Assembly (NCBI GenBank): GCA_043228905.1
Contig: JBHGNT010000018.1
Location: 12,462,001-12,526,000 of the forward strand
Source: Azolla caroliniana
Taxonomy: Eukaryota > Plantae > Polypodiophyta
DNA length: 64,000 bases
Direction: 5' to 3'
Shown here: piece after piece, positions 1 through 12,564 of the stretch
How the letters are laid out: the number at the start of each line of letters is the position of its first letter
Numbering within the stretch: position 1 is the stretch's first letter
Notes under the pieces: generated by a model
Told to the model about the DNA's origin: nothing
The model's database searches: none
Seen by the model: only the letters and a program-made list of their open reading frames with translations
Position numbers and translations under genes: made by a program

Positions 1-2929
1 TGATGTCCATTTGGTGGAGGTGCCACCCTTTCGCCACTACGAGTGCGATCACGATCCGCACAATCTTCATCTTTGCCACCGGGATAAATATCTCTTCGTA
101 GTTGACTCCATGTGTTTGTGCGTATCCTTTTGCCACGAGTCAAGCTTTGTGGTGGTTTACGGAGCCATCGGGGTTATACTTCACCTTGTAGATCCATCTG
201 CAGTTGATCGCCTTCTTGTGCGGTGAGTGGGAGGCAAGATCCCATGTCTTATTTTTGGGGAGTGCTTGCATCTCCTCATTCATCGCTTCAACTCATCTAG
301 GGTCCTTCCCGATTTCAAAAAACGTTTCCGGCTCTCGTACTGTCGCTACCTTCCTCATAAAGGTGTAATAGTACGCCATATAATCGTTGTAGCCGAATCG
401 GCTTACGGGGTTCTTTTCACGAGTGGATCGGCGAAGCTTCTCGTTTGCGGATACTAAGGCTTTCTTCACTCCATTTGTCCGTATGTCAAGGCCTTCGAGC
501 TCACTATCGAGGGAGTGAGTCGATTCTTAGCCATCAAAATGATCGTCTTCATACTCCGGCATTTTCGCCTTCCCTTTGTCTAGCTTCAAACTCGGTTGAG
601 ATGTGCTTTGATCACTCGGAGGCTCTTGTGGCCCACTAAGCCTTGTTGTAATTGGGCTTTCTTCAAACATGTGCGTGAGCCGATCATCGGCTTCTATCTC
701 TATTTCAGTGGATTCCGGGTCGAGTGGAATTAGTGTCAAAGTTTTCTCTGGTGCGTACCAAGATGCGAACTCGTCTAAAACGACGTCTCGATTTATTCGA
801 GATTTTAGAGTTGAGGGGTTATAACACTTGTACCCCTTTTCCTCCAATGAGTATCCTACGAGGATACATTTCTCCGACTTCGGGTCAACCTTTTGTTGCT
901 TCTCATCGGGGATGTGCACGTATGCAATGGAGCCGAATATCCGAACATGTGATAGATCCGGCTTCTTCCCAAAAAACTTCTCGTGCAGAGTAAGTTTGTG
1001 CACACCCGATGTCGTACATTGATTCATGAGGTATACGGCCCAGTATGACTTTTCGCTCATCATGGCCCGTGCTACTTCGAGGATGTGCCGATTCTTTCAT
1101 TCAGCGATTCCATTTTGTTGTGGCATATGTCGACACCAAAACTCTCGCCAAATTCCTTCTTTCCGTAGAAAAGCGGAAAATTCATCATAGAAGTACTCCT
1201 TGCCTCCATCTGATGGAAGACATCGTACATGTCGGCCAGTGGCTTTCTCGACTTCATTCTTAAATTTTTGGAAGTGTCTGAACACTTCGCTCTTTTGTTG
1301 TATGGGGTAGATCCAGGTGTGCCTGGAGAAGTCATCGATGAAGGGCACGTAGTATCGGCATCCGCCGAATGTAGCCGTCTGAGCCGGACCCCATACATCG
1401 GAATGAATTACGTCGAGTACGCCTTTGCTCACATTCTGCTACTTCAAAAATAGGTGTCGATGCTGCTTGCCGAATTGGCAAGCAGCACACACGCCTTGAA
1501 TCTCTTTCTCCTTGAATGTCGAGAGCCTGATGACGACTCCTTTCGATTGCATTGCCTTGAGCTTTTGGAGGTTGATATGGCCAATCCACTTATGCCATAA
1601 CTCTATGTCAAAATCGGCTTTCTTAGCCTTTGTGAACATGGCCGATTTCATCTCATGCGAGTCAAGATGAACATCTGTCCCTCTCTTCGTCCGCGAGCGA
1701 TGAGTCGGCCCTCTTTTTCGATGAAGGAACCGCCTTGATGAAATCGTACTTGCATCCCTTCCTCTACAATTTGGCCGACGGAGACCAAATTCTTTGTAAT
1801 GGTTGGTACATGCAAGACATTCATAATAAAAGTTTGGTTACCTTCTTTGCTGAATGGGACATTGCCGATGTGTCGAATCGGATGCGTAGTGTCGTCTCCG
1901 GTTTCGACATAGCCGGGTCGTTCCAGCCCTCGAAGTTCTCAGAACCATTCTTGATGAGATGTCATATGGTTTCAGGCACTGGAGTTGACGAACCATATGT
2001 CTTCCAGACCGGAGGCACTAGTTGAAGTAGAAGCCAACATAGAATTTTCTCTATGTCTTATCGTGAACATTCTGCCACAATCGTCATAGTCGAAGTTGTC
2101 GGCTAGTGGAAGTCAACTCGCACATCTTCTGCATTCGACTGAGTTTTGTCGGCTCGGACCGGAATGGTGGCTCCCCCTTCTTCCGAAGGTTCCTTGATGG
2201 CCTCCATGTTGTCCATGTTGTTGCCGTAATTGAGAGGTGTTTTCATAACCCGGGCCTCGTCCGCCTCGTCCTTGGCTGAATCGGCCTCTTCTTGCACGGT
2301 TGCGTCCTCTTCCTCCATCCGAATGCGTGTAGAGCATGTCGCCTTCCGAGGCGTTGCTCCTTGTTCGAACATGATTCTCCTCGACCAACAACATGGATTG
2401 AAGATCGAAGAAAGAGGGAGGATTCTCCTGTGCTAGTACGGCGGTCTGCATCGCACCGAACCGTGGTGCAAGGCTGCCGAGGCATATTTGCACCATTTCG
2501 TCATCCTCCACATTGACGCTTGTCGAGCCAAGTGAGTGGAAAAACTCTTTGATCTTCAAGGTGTAAGCTCATGATGGACATATCCCGTTGTTGGATGTTG
2601 TTCAACTCTTGGCGGAATTGAAGCTTTCTCGCGGTTGTGTTGGCGGTGAAAATCTTTCGTAGATTCTCCCACGCTTCCTTTGGCATTTCGGCTTGTTGAA
2701 TGTAGCTGAGCATGTGGTCGTGAACACATGTTGCCAAGCAATAAATCACTTGGCTTGCCGCTTGCTCCCAAGTTGCATAGTCAGTGTCTTCCGGGTTTTC
2801 TTGTGCTCCTTTGATGTAACCCCAATAGCCTTGGCCGACAAGGTATTGGTGCATCTTGTACTCCCAAGATGCGAAGTTGTTTCGGTCCAACTTCTCTCTA
2901 GGGAGAGCGCTCCCCATTTGAGTATTCAT
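1..2929 (-). pseudogene. Disrupted Copia gag-pol of element A
   Basis: ORF fragments 2501-2929, 2113-2559, 1439-1651, 1097-1432 and 527-1063, separated by frameshifts and stops. Confidence 0.9.
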
Positions 2930-3066
2930 TGTCGATTAAGCTTCCTTTCTTCTTTTCCTTCTCTCTCGGACATGATAGCGGTGAGCCGGTTTTTCTTGAA
3001 CGTCGGCGTAGAGAGCACAACACACGATTACGATGAGGTGGGTGGCCTAGATCGACCTACCAAATC

Positions 3067-3078
3067 GCTTTGATACCA
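3067..3078 (-). promoter_or_regulatory. PBS of element A (tRNA-iMet)
   Basis: Minus strand TGGTATCAAAGC directly after LTR ...TACA; 1 mismatch to the canonical TGGTATCAGAGC. Confidence 0.9.
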
Positions 3079-3540
3079 TGTAAAGAATCGATGGTGATTC
3101 TTGTGTAACGGAATAGATGTGTGTTATGTGCGTATATGTGTGAGAGAAAAAGAGAGGAGAGAAAAGAGAACTCAAGACAGATAAATGAGAGGAAAATAGA
3201 ATACTCAAGAAGGTGTATATTTCACAAGTAGAATAAGATTTACAAAATGTAGCATAACAAGGAGTCACAACCAACTTAATATGAAGTAGGAGAAGGGTGC
3301 TTTATATATAGTCACCCTCTCTCTTCATTAACTAACTACAACAATTACTCTCTCTTGGGGAATGTGAAGACTCATAGTCATGGGGAATATGTAACTCATT
3401 AGTTATGTGTCAGAGAATATGATCCTATGACACATAGTTAATGTGTAGAGAGTAGTGGTGTGACTCTTGACCTTTGAGTAATCAAGGATTCTCAAAAAGT
3501 GTGTTCATACGTTGTACTATGTTGAGCTTGATTCTCAACA
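3079..3540 (-). repeat. 5' LTR of element A (about 462 bp)
   Basis: TG...CA ends; the reverse complement matches LTR 56163-56627 along its length. Confidence 0.92.
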
Positions 3541-4242
3541 AGACGACTTGAAGAAAGGGTGTTAGATGCCTTGATGTAGGGATGGAAAGATTGGTCGGCT
3601 CAAACAACTAAGTTACAAACTTACAAAGCCGATCAAGAAAATCATTGTAAGGAGGGCAAGGGGTTCTACAATATGGATGAACAAAGCATCGGTGTGGTCC
3701 GGGAGGAGCTAATAAAATAATTCTACTCTCTTGCTTAGATTCACTCCACAAAGATCACAAAATTACTACAACAATTTGAAGATGATCAAATCCAACTCTC
3801 CATCGAACTTGAAAACTATGAAAAAGCGTACATGTACAATTAGAAGAGTACGAAGAGGGAAGCGACGAAAAAGAACACATCAACTTGAGTGAATCACTAG
3901 ACAACAGCTAGAACAAGAAAACGGAAGGGGAACACCCTGAGGCAGGACTAGAATAGGCCAATGAAACGGAGGAACAAGCCCAAAAGGTAGCAGAGGACAG
4001 TCGACGGGTTGATCAAATAGAGGCTCTAGAGGATCACCAACAACACCTGTCCACACCCAACTAGCAGAAGATGCACATGAAACAACCGGAGAGGATCAAG
4101 TCCCACTAGATGAACAAAATGACAAAACCAGCCAATCTGAACTAATCCAAGGGGATCATAGTATAGCAAAAGATGACGAATCGGCTCAATATGAGCCAAA
4201 CATTTTGGATATTCTTCAAGAAAATTAAGTTGGCAACTTTTT

Positions 4243-4283
4243 GTGGGTTCAACCATGCAAGGAACTATCACACAGGCGTGCGA
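4243..4283 (+). other. Degenerate tRNA-Arg-like hairpin/CCA motif in the PPT position (L4)
   Basis: GTGGGTTCAA-CCATGCAAGGAACT-ATCACACAGGCGTGCGA aligns with the L1-L3 motifs. Confidence 0.7.
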
Positions 4284-4285
4284 TG

Positions 4286-4812
4286 TGTTGGATGAGCAAG
4301 ACGGCCAAAGTGTGAAAGGGTCATAGTACGAGCCATAACCAAGACAGGTGGAGCTGAATGTGTGTGGAGCCGGACAAAAGACAAAGATAAATAACACTTG
4401 TAAATTATTAGATAGAAAGTAGTAGCATATTTACATTCTCTTGTAACTATTTCTTGCTTCCTATAAAAAGGGGCATACAACCTTGTAAAAAGGGTCGGTC
4501 TATAAAGATTAGTTGATATAATACAAATTTTGTTTTAGAGTATCTCTGTGTCTATATTTTGAGTTTGATTTCCATATATTGTGTACTGTGTGAGCCGATC
4601 GGGTGTAGGTGACCCGGGCCGAGAAAAAAGTGTGTATGTTAGATAGCCAATCAAGTATTCTCTATGTGAGTTTACCTTTTCCCTATATCTTTGTGAAATG
4701 CACTATGAGGCACACAACCTAGTCCGCTTTACCCATTCCTCCAACCACAAGACCTTGATTAGGGTACTTAGGGATTAAGTATCTGACCAGTGTATACCGA
4801 GAGGGTATAACA
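4286..4812 (+). repeat. 3' LTR of L4 (about 527 bp)
   Basis: TGTTGG...GGTATAACA; TATA box (CTATAAAAG, about 4461) followed by TTGTAA and a GT-rich U5. Host Copia sequence (YKCYNP) resumes at 4813. Confidence 0.7.
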
Positions 4813-5420
4813 ATAAATGCTATAACCCTCGAACCAAAGAGGTAAGAGTAAGTCAGGATGTGTTTGACAAATCAGCTTCGTGGTACCAACCCCCGACCAA
4901 TCCGACCCCATTTGAATCCATGCCGAATTTTGAAGATGATGCTGTTGAGGCCATCACAATTGAAGAGGAAATCAACACTTAGGAACAGAGTCTAATTTCA
5001 TTCGGCTAAGTGGGCTGATTGAGGAACAGAGCCAAAATAGTTAGTCAATTGAGATGCTAGGTGAGCGAAGTGGACTCGGTCATGCAATCCCCCAAGGTGA
5101 AGCCGAAGAAGAGGCTCACACACCAGGAGAAGGGGAAGAGGAGGATGCTGAAGTATGGCAATGATGAGGGCACGTCAAATTCACCCATGAACAATGATGG
5201 CGGACCTCAAGAATTGAGGTCGAATTCAGCCAACAGGGCCTTGAAATAGGCTAACAAGAAGTTACATCCATCGACTTGCCACAAGAAGCCTGTGATCCGA
5301 TATGGGTACAACGAGTACATGGCACATCATTATGTGTGCATGACGAAGGTGGCCTTAGTCTGCGAGCCGAAGAGCTACGCGGATGCATCACAAGATGCCA
5401 TATGGAAATCAACAATAGAG
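4813..5420 (+). pseudogene. Degenerate Copia INT C-terminus to RT start
   Basis: Translates as KCYNPRTKEVRVS..FDKSASWY...MAHHY..M.KVA..EPKSYA, homologous to elements A and M. Confidence 0.75.
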
Positions 5421-5926
5421 TGTTAGATAACAGGTTCCTCTGGATGGGAAGAAGAGAACAAACCGAATTGGGTGGAGTAAGTGGGTAATTCAAACCAAAA
5501 ACTCGATTTTATGAACAATTCGGGAGACTTTATTTGTAAATAGCCTAAATGTGCCCATTGTGCGCTATATATGTATGTTGAGTGGACAAGGCAACGTGAT
5601 CCGAATCGGCTAAATAAGCCTGAGCCGGATCAATATCCGGAATCCAAGCCGGATTGCTGTTCGGAGAAGAGAGTCGGATCGTACTACTGAACCCACATGC
5701 AAATTGGTAGGCCATTGGATGTCTATACTCCTAGACTATTGGGTAGTTATCCTAGGAGTTAGTATCAGTACCTCAGTATGAGCATTGAAGTACTAGTCAA
5801 TACTTCTATCAATCCTTTATGGACTTGTATAAAAGTGCTCACTAAGCACATTGTATGTACAAAGTCTTTGGGTAATTTGAAATTGAATTTTGTTCTGCTC
5901 TCTTTGTATGTGATTATAGGTTCCGT
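5421..5926 (+). repeat. Two nested LTR remnants: G/D-family LTR start (5421-5575), interrupted by an H-family LTR (5576-5926)
   Basis: 5421 TGTTAGATAACAGGTTCCTCTGGATGGGAAG resembles the start of the G LTR. ATGAGCATTGAAGTACT...GGACTTGTA is shared with the H LTR at about 36134-36185. Confidence 0.6.
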
Positions 5927-7037
5927 TGTTGTGAAGTACGAAAGCTTCACATTAAAAGTCTACAATAAGATAAATACGTAACTAAAATAAAATAAATCTT
6001 GATAATATTTTATACATAAAGATAATATTAACAACACACTATGATAATATTATACATTATATGTAGAGGTAAATAAATAAATATATACGTTATATTACAT
6101 GGACAAGAGAGGATTTAAGCCAATGACCCCCACCTTATGACACTCTAACCTTACCATTTAGCCTATACTAACAAGTTACAAGAGATCGCGTTGCTTTATT
6201 TGAAGTAGTATTTTATAGTCTAAACCATGTAATACACCATATAGCAAATTACATGGGCAAAAGGGGACATGAACTAACAACCCCAACCTTACGGGCATTC
6301 AAACCTTACCATTTAGCCTATACTTGTGATGTATATAAAATATATGTGTTGTAGTATTGTATCATTTAAACCATGAAGTGTACCACATGTGCACCATATA
6401 GCACACATGCAAAAGCCTCTCTGCATGTCCACCATATAGCACACATGCAAGAGCTTCTCTGCATGTGCGCCACATGGTCCACATGTAGAACCATCTCTTA
6501 CCTATAAAAGGAGAAGGGAGTATAGTCACAAGAAAATCAAGGAATAGATCAATATCAAAAGAACTATATTATATATATCAAATAGAGTTATGTTGTAAGT
6601 GATATCACAATAGAGAAAGAAGAAAAGAAGGTCAATATACAAGAGAAGCTCTAAGTTGGCGGTTGTGTTGCTCAACTCTCAACAAAAAGGGTGGAGGTTC
6701 GAGTCTTATCTCATTGCAAGATAGAAGAGAACATTGTGGTCTACTATCAAGAAAGAGAAGAGCGATAGAAGTGAAGATTGTGGTCTACCTTGTGAGACAA
6801 AGTTCGAATTCAACGACGCTCGCAACTATTTTGTAACTCTTTCATCAAATAATTATAAATCTCTTTTATTGCTTCAATTATCATTCTATATCCTATCTTG
6901 TCATATCTTGTTGATCAGTATTTATCTATTTCTACTCTTTCGTCTCTTCCGTCCAAAATCCTAGTGATTCCTTCCTCACTTTCACGTTATCTTCTATCTA
7001 CACAATGCTACGCTTCTAGGCGAGCCACGCCACGACA
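5927..7037 (+). repeat. 5' LTR of element B (about 1.1 kb)
   Basis: TGTTGTG...CACGACA; TATA (CTATAAAAG) at about 6502; internal direct repeats at about 6095/6249 and 6394/6430. Confidence 0.9.
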
Positions 7038-7042
7038 AAATT

Positions 7043-7060
7043 TGGTGAACCCGACGTGAA
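7043..7060 (+). promoter_or_regulatory. PBS complementary to tRNA-Trp
   Basis: TGGTGAACCCGACGTGAA, 5 nt after the LTR; complement of the plant tRNA-Trp 3' end ...TTCACGTCGGGTTCACCA (recalled). Confidence 0.85.
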
Positions 7061-7104
7061 ACGGGGAAGTAGAAGAGACATCTAAAGCAAAGATCAACAT
7101 CAAC

Positions 7105-9271
7105 ATGGCAAGTACGAGTACAATGGATCCGGTAAGGTTGTTTCTTGAAAAATTGAATCAAGATGAATTATTTCATGCCTTACGAGAAGTCCAAGAGAAA
7201 ATTGGTGTGTTTGATAGCACAAATATCTCAAAGTATGTCAATATATATTATGATGAAATGGAAATGTTTGGTTTGAATGATGTCAATATGATAGCAAACT
7301 TTTATAAATTAGTGGAAATGGAATTAAGAGATAGAATTCGTGAAATACAAACATTGCATAGTTTGGATTGGAATGTATTCAAAGAAGCTTATGTCTGAAT
7401 ATTCTCGTGAAGATTTCTCTCGAGTTACTATGCGTTCATTTGATGAATGGATCTGAAGATAAAGGGTTATCTGTGGCTGACACAAAAAAAGAGTTTGATA
7501 GGATTTATGGACCCTTAAAGCCAGAAGAAAGAAATTATTTGTCTTGGCAAAAGGTTGCTTTATTTTTGCAGGCAGTTGACAAGAGATATAGAAAAGAATT
7601 GGAATTTATGCTTGAAGTGCCAAATACCGAGGATGGTATAACGGCAGATTGGAATGAGGTAACAAATGCTTGTAATAAATTTATGAAAAGAATGCAAAGG
7701 AATGGTGTAATGCCACAAATACCACATGTGGGAATCATGAATCGGCTTGATCAAAACATTGAAGTTCAAAGACATGGTCCAGAACCATCACAGTAAATGG
7801 TGCATCAACCATGCGAAATGATCGGAACTAAGAGTGAGTCTTTTCTTGATGATTTAGTTCAAAGTATGAAAGATCTAACAATTAAAGTGGCAAAGCTTGA
7901 GAATGGTCAAACTTTGAGGTCAAGGGAACCATTCCGACCCCGATGCATGTGGTGTGATAGTCTCGAACATCGTCTACGTGATTGTGAAGAATATAAAGAT
8001 ATGGAAAATCGAGACTTGGTGTATTGGAAAAATGGTAACATTTATTTAACTGAAACTAGAAGTTCACTTACAAAGAACTTTGGTGATGGTGGTGTTAAGG
8101 TTAAATTTGAAGAAGCTGAAGCAAAGAAGGCTTCCGCAATGTACTACTCGGCAACGGCAAGAATGCGCCTAGATGACATGCCATCCCGATCATCATTCTG
8201 GGAGAAGGTTGTGAGTACCACACAAAAGCAAAAGATGAAGATGGAAGACCTTTGTGTTGCCGGACATTCTGTAAGGAAAAACACTGGATGGGATGTTCCA
8301 GTAGATGCTATGACAGTCTATGCTCAGATGGCAGAACACCAAGAGCATGAGGTGATAGTGGAAGAAAAAAGGAAAAGGCCGGATGATGAGATTGGCTCAA
8401 CAAAAAAGCATGAGACATGAGAAAGCGAAAGAAAAGAGATGGACGCAAAAGTCGAAAAAGGTAAACTTGGTCCTTCATTCAAATTAATGTCTAATCTTGA
8501 AAAGGAAACAGATTTAAAGAAAGTTTTAGAAACAAGAATACTAGACAGTTGAGTAGAATTTACACTAAGAGAAGTGTTAGGTATTGCAAAAAAGGAATTT
8601 CATGATGAAATAATTGATATTGTGTGAAGAAAGAAGCAAGTAAATGAGTAGGTTAAAGAGACAAATCCGAAGGTGGCATATGAAGTGGTGAGCAACGAGT
8701 CAAACAATATCATTGTTGACTCTCAACATGCATCGACCTCAATGATAAATTCAACAAATGTAAGAAGCCATTACTCTCACAAATGTTGAGCAAGAGCCAC
8801 TACTGAGCATCATGTGAAGATTGGAAATGTTCTAGACCTAGTGATGGCACTTATTGATCATGGTTCTGAAATAAATATAATGAGTGCTGATTTTTCAGGA
8901 AAGGTAGATGGCCAATTGATACTCAACATGGTTGGCGAGTAAACGCCGCCACATCAGTCACGGAAGATTTATTTGGTGTATGCCCAAATGTAAAGGTTAG
9001 TATTGGTGATATAGAGGTAGATCAACATTTCCTTGTGCAGGAAGGATCTACCTATCCAATAATCTTAGGGCAACCATACATCACAGCAGTACGGATGGAG
9101 ACCAAAGTCCTTGACAATGGTTCTGCCTATGCGAAAATTCGTAGCGAAGATGGATGATGAATTGTACAGTTTATGACAGTTCGCCCAAATCATGAGAGGA
9201 ACAAGCAAGAGTTTCGCGATCATTCAATACCAAAAGACTGTGATGATTTTGATAGTCAGGTTTTTGACTAG
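7105..9271 (+). pseudogene. Element B gag-protease, disrupted
   Basis: ORFs 7105-7398, 7368-7796 and 7797-8420 (zinc knuckle CMWCDSLEHRLRDC); protease ALIDHGSEIN at about 8847-8876. Confidence 0.85.
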
Positions 9272-11057
9272 GACTGTTGTGAGTGAGGGTTGCAATAGTC
9301 CCATTATTAAAAGACCCTCATATAGGGCATTACAACATATGAATAAGTCATTTCATGTTTCTGAAAGTGGTGCTATATGTGTGACTAGGATGTATGAATG
9401 CAAGAGGAACTTGAAAAAGAATGCTAATCTGTTTCAACAGGCATTGAAGGATAATGGAGTACTTGAAATGGAAGAGTAGATTGAAAGTGTTATGGAAGAA
9501 ATTTCTTCTGCAAATACTTTAGAAGGGTTAGAAATGTATTTGAAAGAAGATGATGAGAGTGTTAGAAAGATACATGTAAACTCAATTGATATGTATTATG
9601 AGATTGATAGGTATAATTGTAAATATCAAGAAGTAGAAAGTTTATGTAATACAAAACACAAAACAATAGATAAAAAGGTCAAACCTGTTGTAGTACCATT
9701 ACCTATTGGTAGTGAAGAGAAGATGGAGGCATCCCAAGCCTATGCTTCGACCAATAGAGAAGACCGGACATCACTTCACTTCGGAGACAATAAATAACTT
9801 GAGAAATGATCTTTAGGCATGGGAAAGTGTTCTCATTCAAAGCTGAGGAGATTGGTTGTGTAGAGCCAAAGGTGGTGACGTCAATGGTAATATTTACTAT
9901 CCCTCATATTCCTTGGAATTTTAAACCTATTGCAGTACCGAGAGCTTGATTACCTCAATTGTTGGAGCTGCTAAAGGATAAAGTCAAGATGAAGATTTTA
10001 GAGCCTTCAAATGCACCATACTCCGATAGATGGTTCACAATTCCAAAGAAGGATGGTTCTCTAAGATTCATTCAAGATCTACAACCAGTCAACAAAGTCA
10101 CAATCCGAAATGCAGGAATCGGACCGATCGTTGATGAATTTGCGGATGCGTTTGCTGGAAGAGCGATTTACTCTATGGGAGACCTATATTCAGGATATGA
10201 CCAATTTCAACTAGCAATTGATAGTCTCAATATCACAACAATGAAAACACCAATTGGGTTGGTTCGAGTGTGCACTCTACGTCAAGGTGTGATGAATTCA
10301 GTTGCTCATATGATGAATGCAATGAACAAAGTTCTACATGAATACATCCCAAAGGTAACTATGCCATGTTTGGATGATATTCCTATTAAGGGATGCTTAG
10401 AAAGAGAGAAAGATGAAACTATGGTTGGAAATGGTTGCAGAAAGTTTGTGATGGATTACATTAATGATTGTGACAATATTTTAAATAAGGTTGAGCAGGT
10501 ACATTTGACACTATCAGGAACAAAGTCAAACTTTGGGCAGAACAAAGCTCTGATAGTTGGTCATATGTGTGGCTGGTATGGGAGGAAGCTGTCACCGATC
10601 AAAATTAACGCAATACAAAATATGAAGGAGGTTTGCGAATCGATAACAGAGGTGAGAAGATTTTTAGGTGCATGTGTGTTTTATCATATTTGGTTACCAC
10701 ACTTTGCACATGTATCAGATCCTCTCTATCAGAAAAGGGAAGAAGTTTATATGGACTGATGAACATACACAAGTTGTTCAACAGTTAAAAGAAGCATTAT
10801 TGAAAGCACCAGTTCTTCGTCAACTAAACAACAAAGGTGAAAGACCAATTATAGTAACAGTTGATACTAGCCCAAATTGGGATCGGTTGGGTTATCAACC
10901 AAGAAGATGAAGACCAACATCGATATGCTATTAGATTTGGAGCAAAGATATTAAATGAAAGACAAAGAAACTATGCACAAGTTAAACGAGAATTGTGGGG
11001 TTTGCTTACTACATTAAAAACAGATAGAGATTACTTGATCGGAGTAGATGTAGTGGT

Positions 11058-11451
11058 TGTTGTATGTATGGTAATGATGGTTATCGATGACGAAGATAGA
11101 AATGGTGGAATAGTGAAGATGGTGGAGAGTATGATGGTGAGAGAGATTGAGATGAAGATGTTGAGAATCATTGAGAAGCATTGCGGGGTGGGGGTTGGTG
11201 CCTAGAATGGCTCCACCCCCCTCCCAAGGGGTTCAACGTTAAGGGGGTGAGAGAGAAAGAGAGATGACAAGAGAGAGAGAGAGAGATTGAGAGAAAAATG
11301 ATAATTCATGTTTTATTCATTCCCCATAAGGGGTTAAATAGTACAAGAGGGGGTAGATACATAGGGGTGTAAGCCCCCTCGAGCAATCATATTGGACACT
11401 CACTCACACCTCCACGTATCTATCCACATGCACACAAGCGTGCCGGTAACA
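11058..11451 (-). repeat. L1 3' LTR (about 120 bp shorter than the 5' LTR)
   Basis: Near-identical to 12565-12954, then jumps to the GGTAACA terminus. Confidence 0.88.
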
Positions 11452-11453
11452 CA

Positions 11454-11493
11454 TGGCACACCCGTGGGACAATACCTTGTACATCGAATCCAC
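11454..11493 (-). other. tRNA-Arg(UCU)-like hairpin/CCA motif in the PPT position (L1)
   Basis: Minus strand GTGGATTCGA-TGTACAAGGTATT-GTCCCACGGGTGTGCCA, then TG, then the LTR. Confidence 0.8.
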
Positions 11494-11505
11494 TATCCGG
11501 CCCTA

Positions 11506-12506
11506 TTACTCTTCGTCCAAAATTTGAAGAATGCTTTGCTCCAGAGTTTCCAATGGCTCGACGGGAATCTATTGTTGCTGCTGTGGTGGCTACTATTGTG
11601 GCTGCTCCAACTCCGGCTGTGACTCCGATTGCTGCTCTGGCACTGGCGTTTCCTTCGTTGTTTCCTCCGTCGGAGTTGTCTCTGGTTGACTTACCCCGGC
11701 CTGGTCTCCGTCTGGTCATTGTATCGGCGATGGTTCCTCATCACTGAGGTTGACCGTTGCCGCCTGCCTTGCTTTTTCTTCCCTAAGCCGGGACCGCGCA
11801 TAGCTCTCAAACTGGATTTGAGCATCCATCCGATCGTCGTCCAGTTGAGCTGGTCTGCGTCTGCATCTCCTTCTCCGTTTTCTATGGCCCTTCGGTGTTA
11901 ACCAACTCTAGTTCTTGTTCCGATTCCAGTTCCGACTCTCTCCGTGTTGTTTCTTCTGGAACCATTGCCCATGCATTCTCAGCACATCCTGCCAGTTTCC
12001 GCTCCACACACTGCAACTTTCTTCGTAGTCTCCTGGTGGGCTTCTCTTTCCGGTTGTATTGGCACCGGTTCCCTCTGCGTTGTTGTTTGTCCAGCCATGC
12101 ATCTTGCACCACGCTTTTGAGAACACGCACATTGTCGCTAACCGCTTTCAGAAACACGCACATAGACACTAATCCCAACCTTGCACAAACATTGTTGCCA
12201 TTCATGCATTCCTCTCATGCATTGTCATCGTTTTTGTACATCTTTGGCAACATGTCTCGGACATTTAGGACAAAAATAGACCAAACAAAACATACACATA
12301 TAGAGATTAATTCGTTGTAGAATTGTGCATCAGTCAATCTTCCATTTCCGACTTCTTCTGCACATCATTGCCATCATTTGTCGCTTTTTTTGCATACTTC
12401 TGCAACGAATAGTCATCACGCCATTGTTCTTTCTCATATTTCCACCAGTTCTCGCACATCGTCGATTCAACTTCTCGCGCTGATGAGGGTTGAATCATTG
12501 TTCATT
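11506..12506 (-). pseudogene. Degenerate ORF of unknown function in L1
   Basis: Fragmented frames; CMFC-x4-CPKC at 12261-12296; C-terminus IPVEPLETLEQSILQILDEE* resembles L2-L4. Confidence 0.55.
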
Positions 12507-12549
12507 GTGTATTATCCTTGGACTCCGTCTCCAAAGGGGGGTCGCCTTA

Positions 12550-12559
12550 GTGGTCGCCA
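12550..12559 (-). promoter_or_regulatory. Candidate PBS of L1 (tRNA-Arg UCG-type)
   Basis: Minus strand TGGCGACCAC, 5 nt from the 5' LTR; 10-nt complement of ...GTGGTCGCCA. Confidence 0.65.
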
Positions 12560-12564
12560 AAAGG

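Larger units (their letters stand above)
1..3540 (-). mobile_element. Ty1/Copia element A, 5' part (5' LTR, PBS, gag, PR, INT, start of RT); runs off the left edge
   Basis: Minus-strand ORF pieces: gag (EKLDRNNFASWEYKM), GAG-pre-integrase (LWHKWIGH), integrase core (HSDVWGPA, FIDDFSR, PQQNGIAE) and INT C-terminus (KCILVGYS). INT precedes RT, the Copia order. Confidence 0.93.
3541..4812 (+). mobile_element. PPT-less LTR element L4, 3' part (degenerate unknown ORF, tRNA-like motif, 3' LTR); interrupted on the left by element A
   Basis: The frame ends ...YEPNILDILQEN* (TAA 4226-4228), followed by the tRNA-like motif and TG-TGTTGG. The same arrangement is seen in L1-L3. Confidence 0.72.

Noticed and set aside
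9255-9275. Programmed frameshift at GGTTTTTGACTAG between B protease and RT
   Set aside because: It is not a canonical slippery heptamer, and the copy is too decayed to separate it from random lesions.
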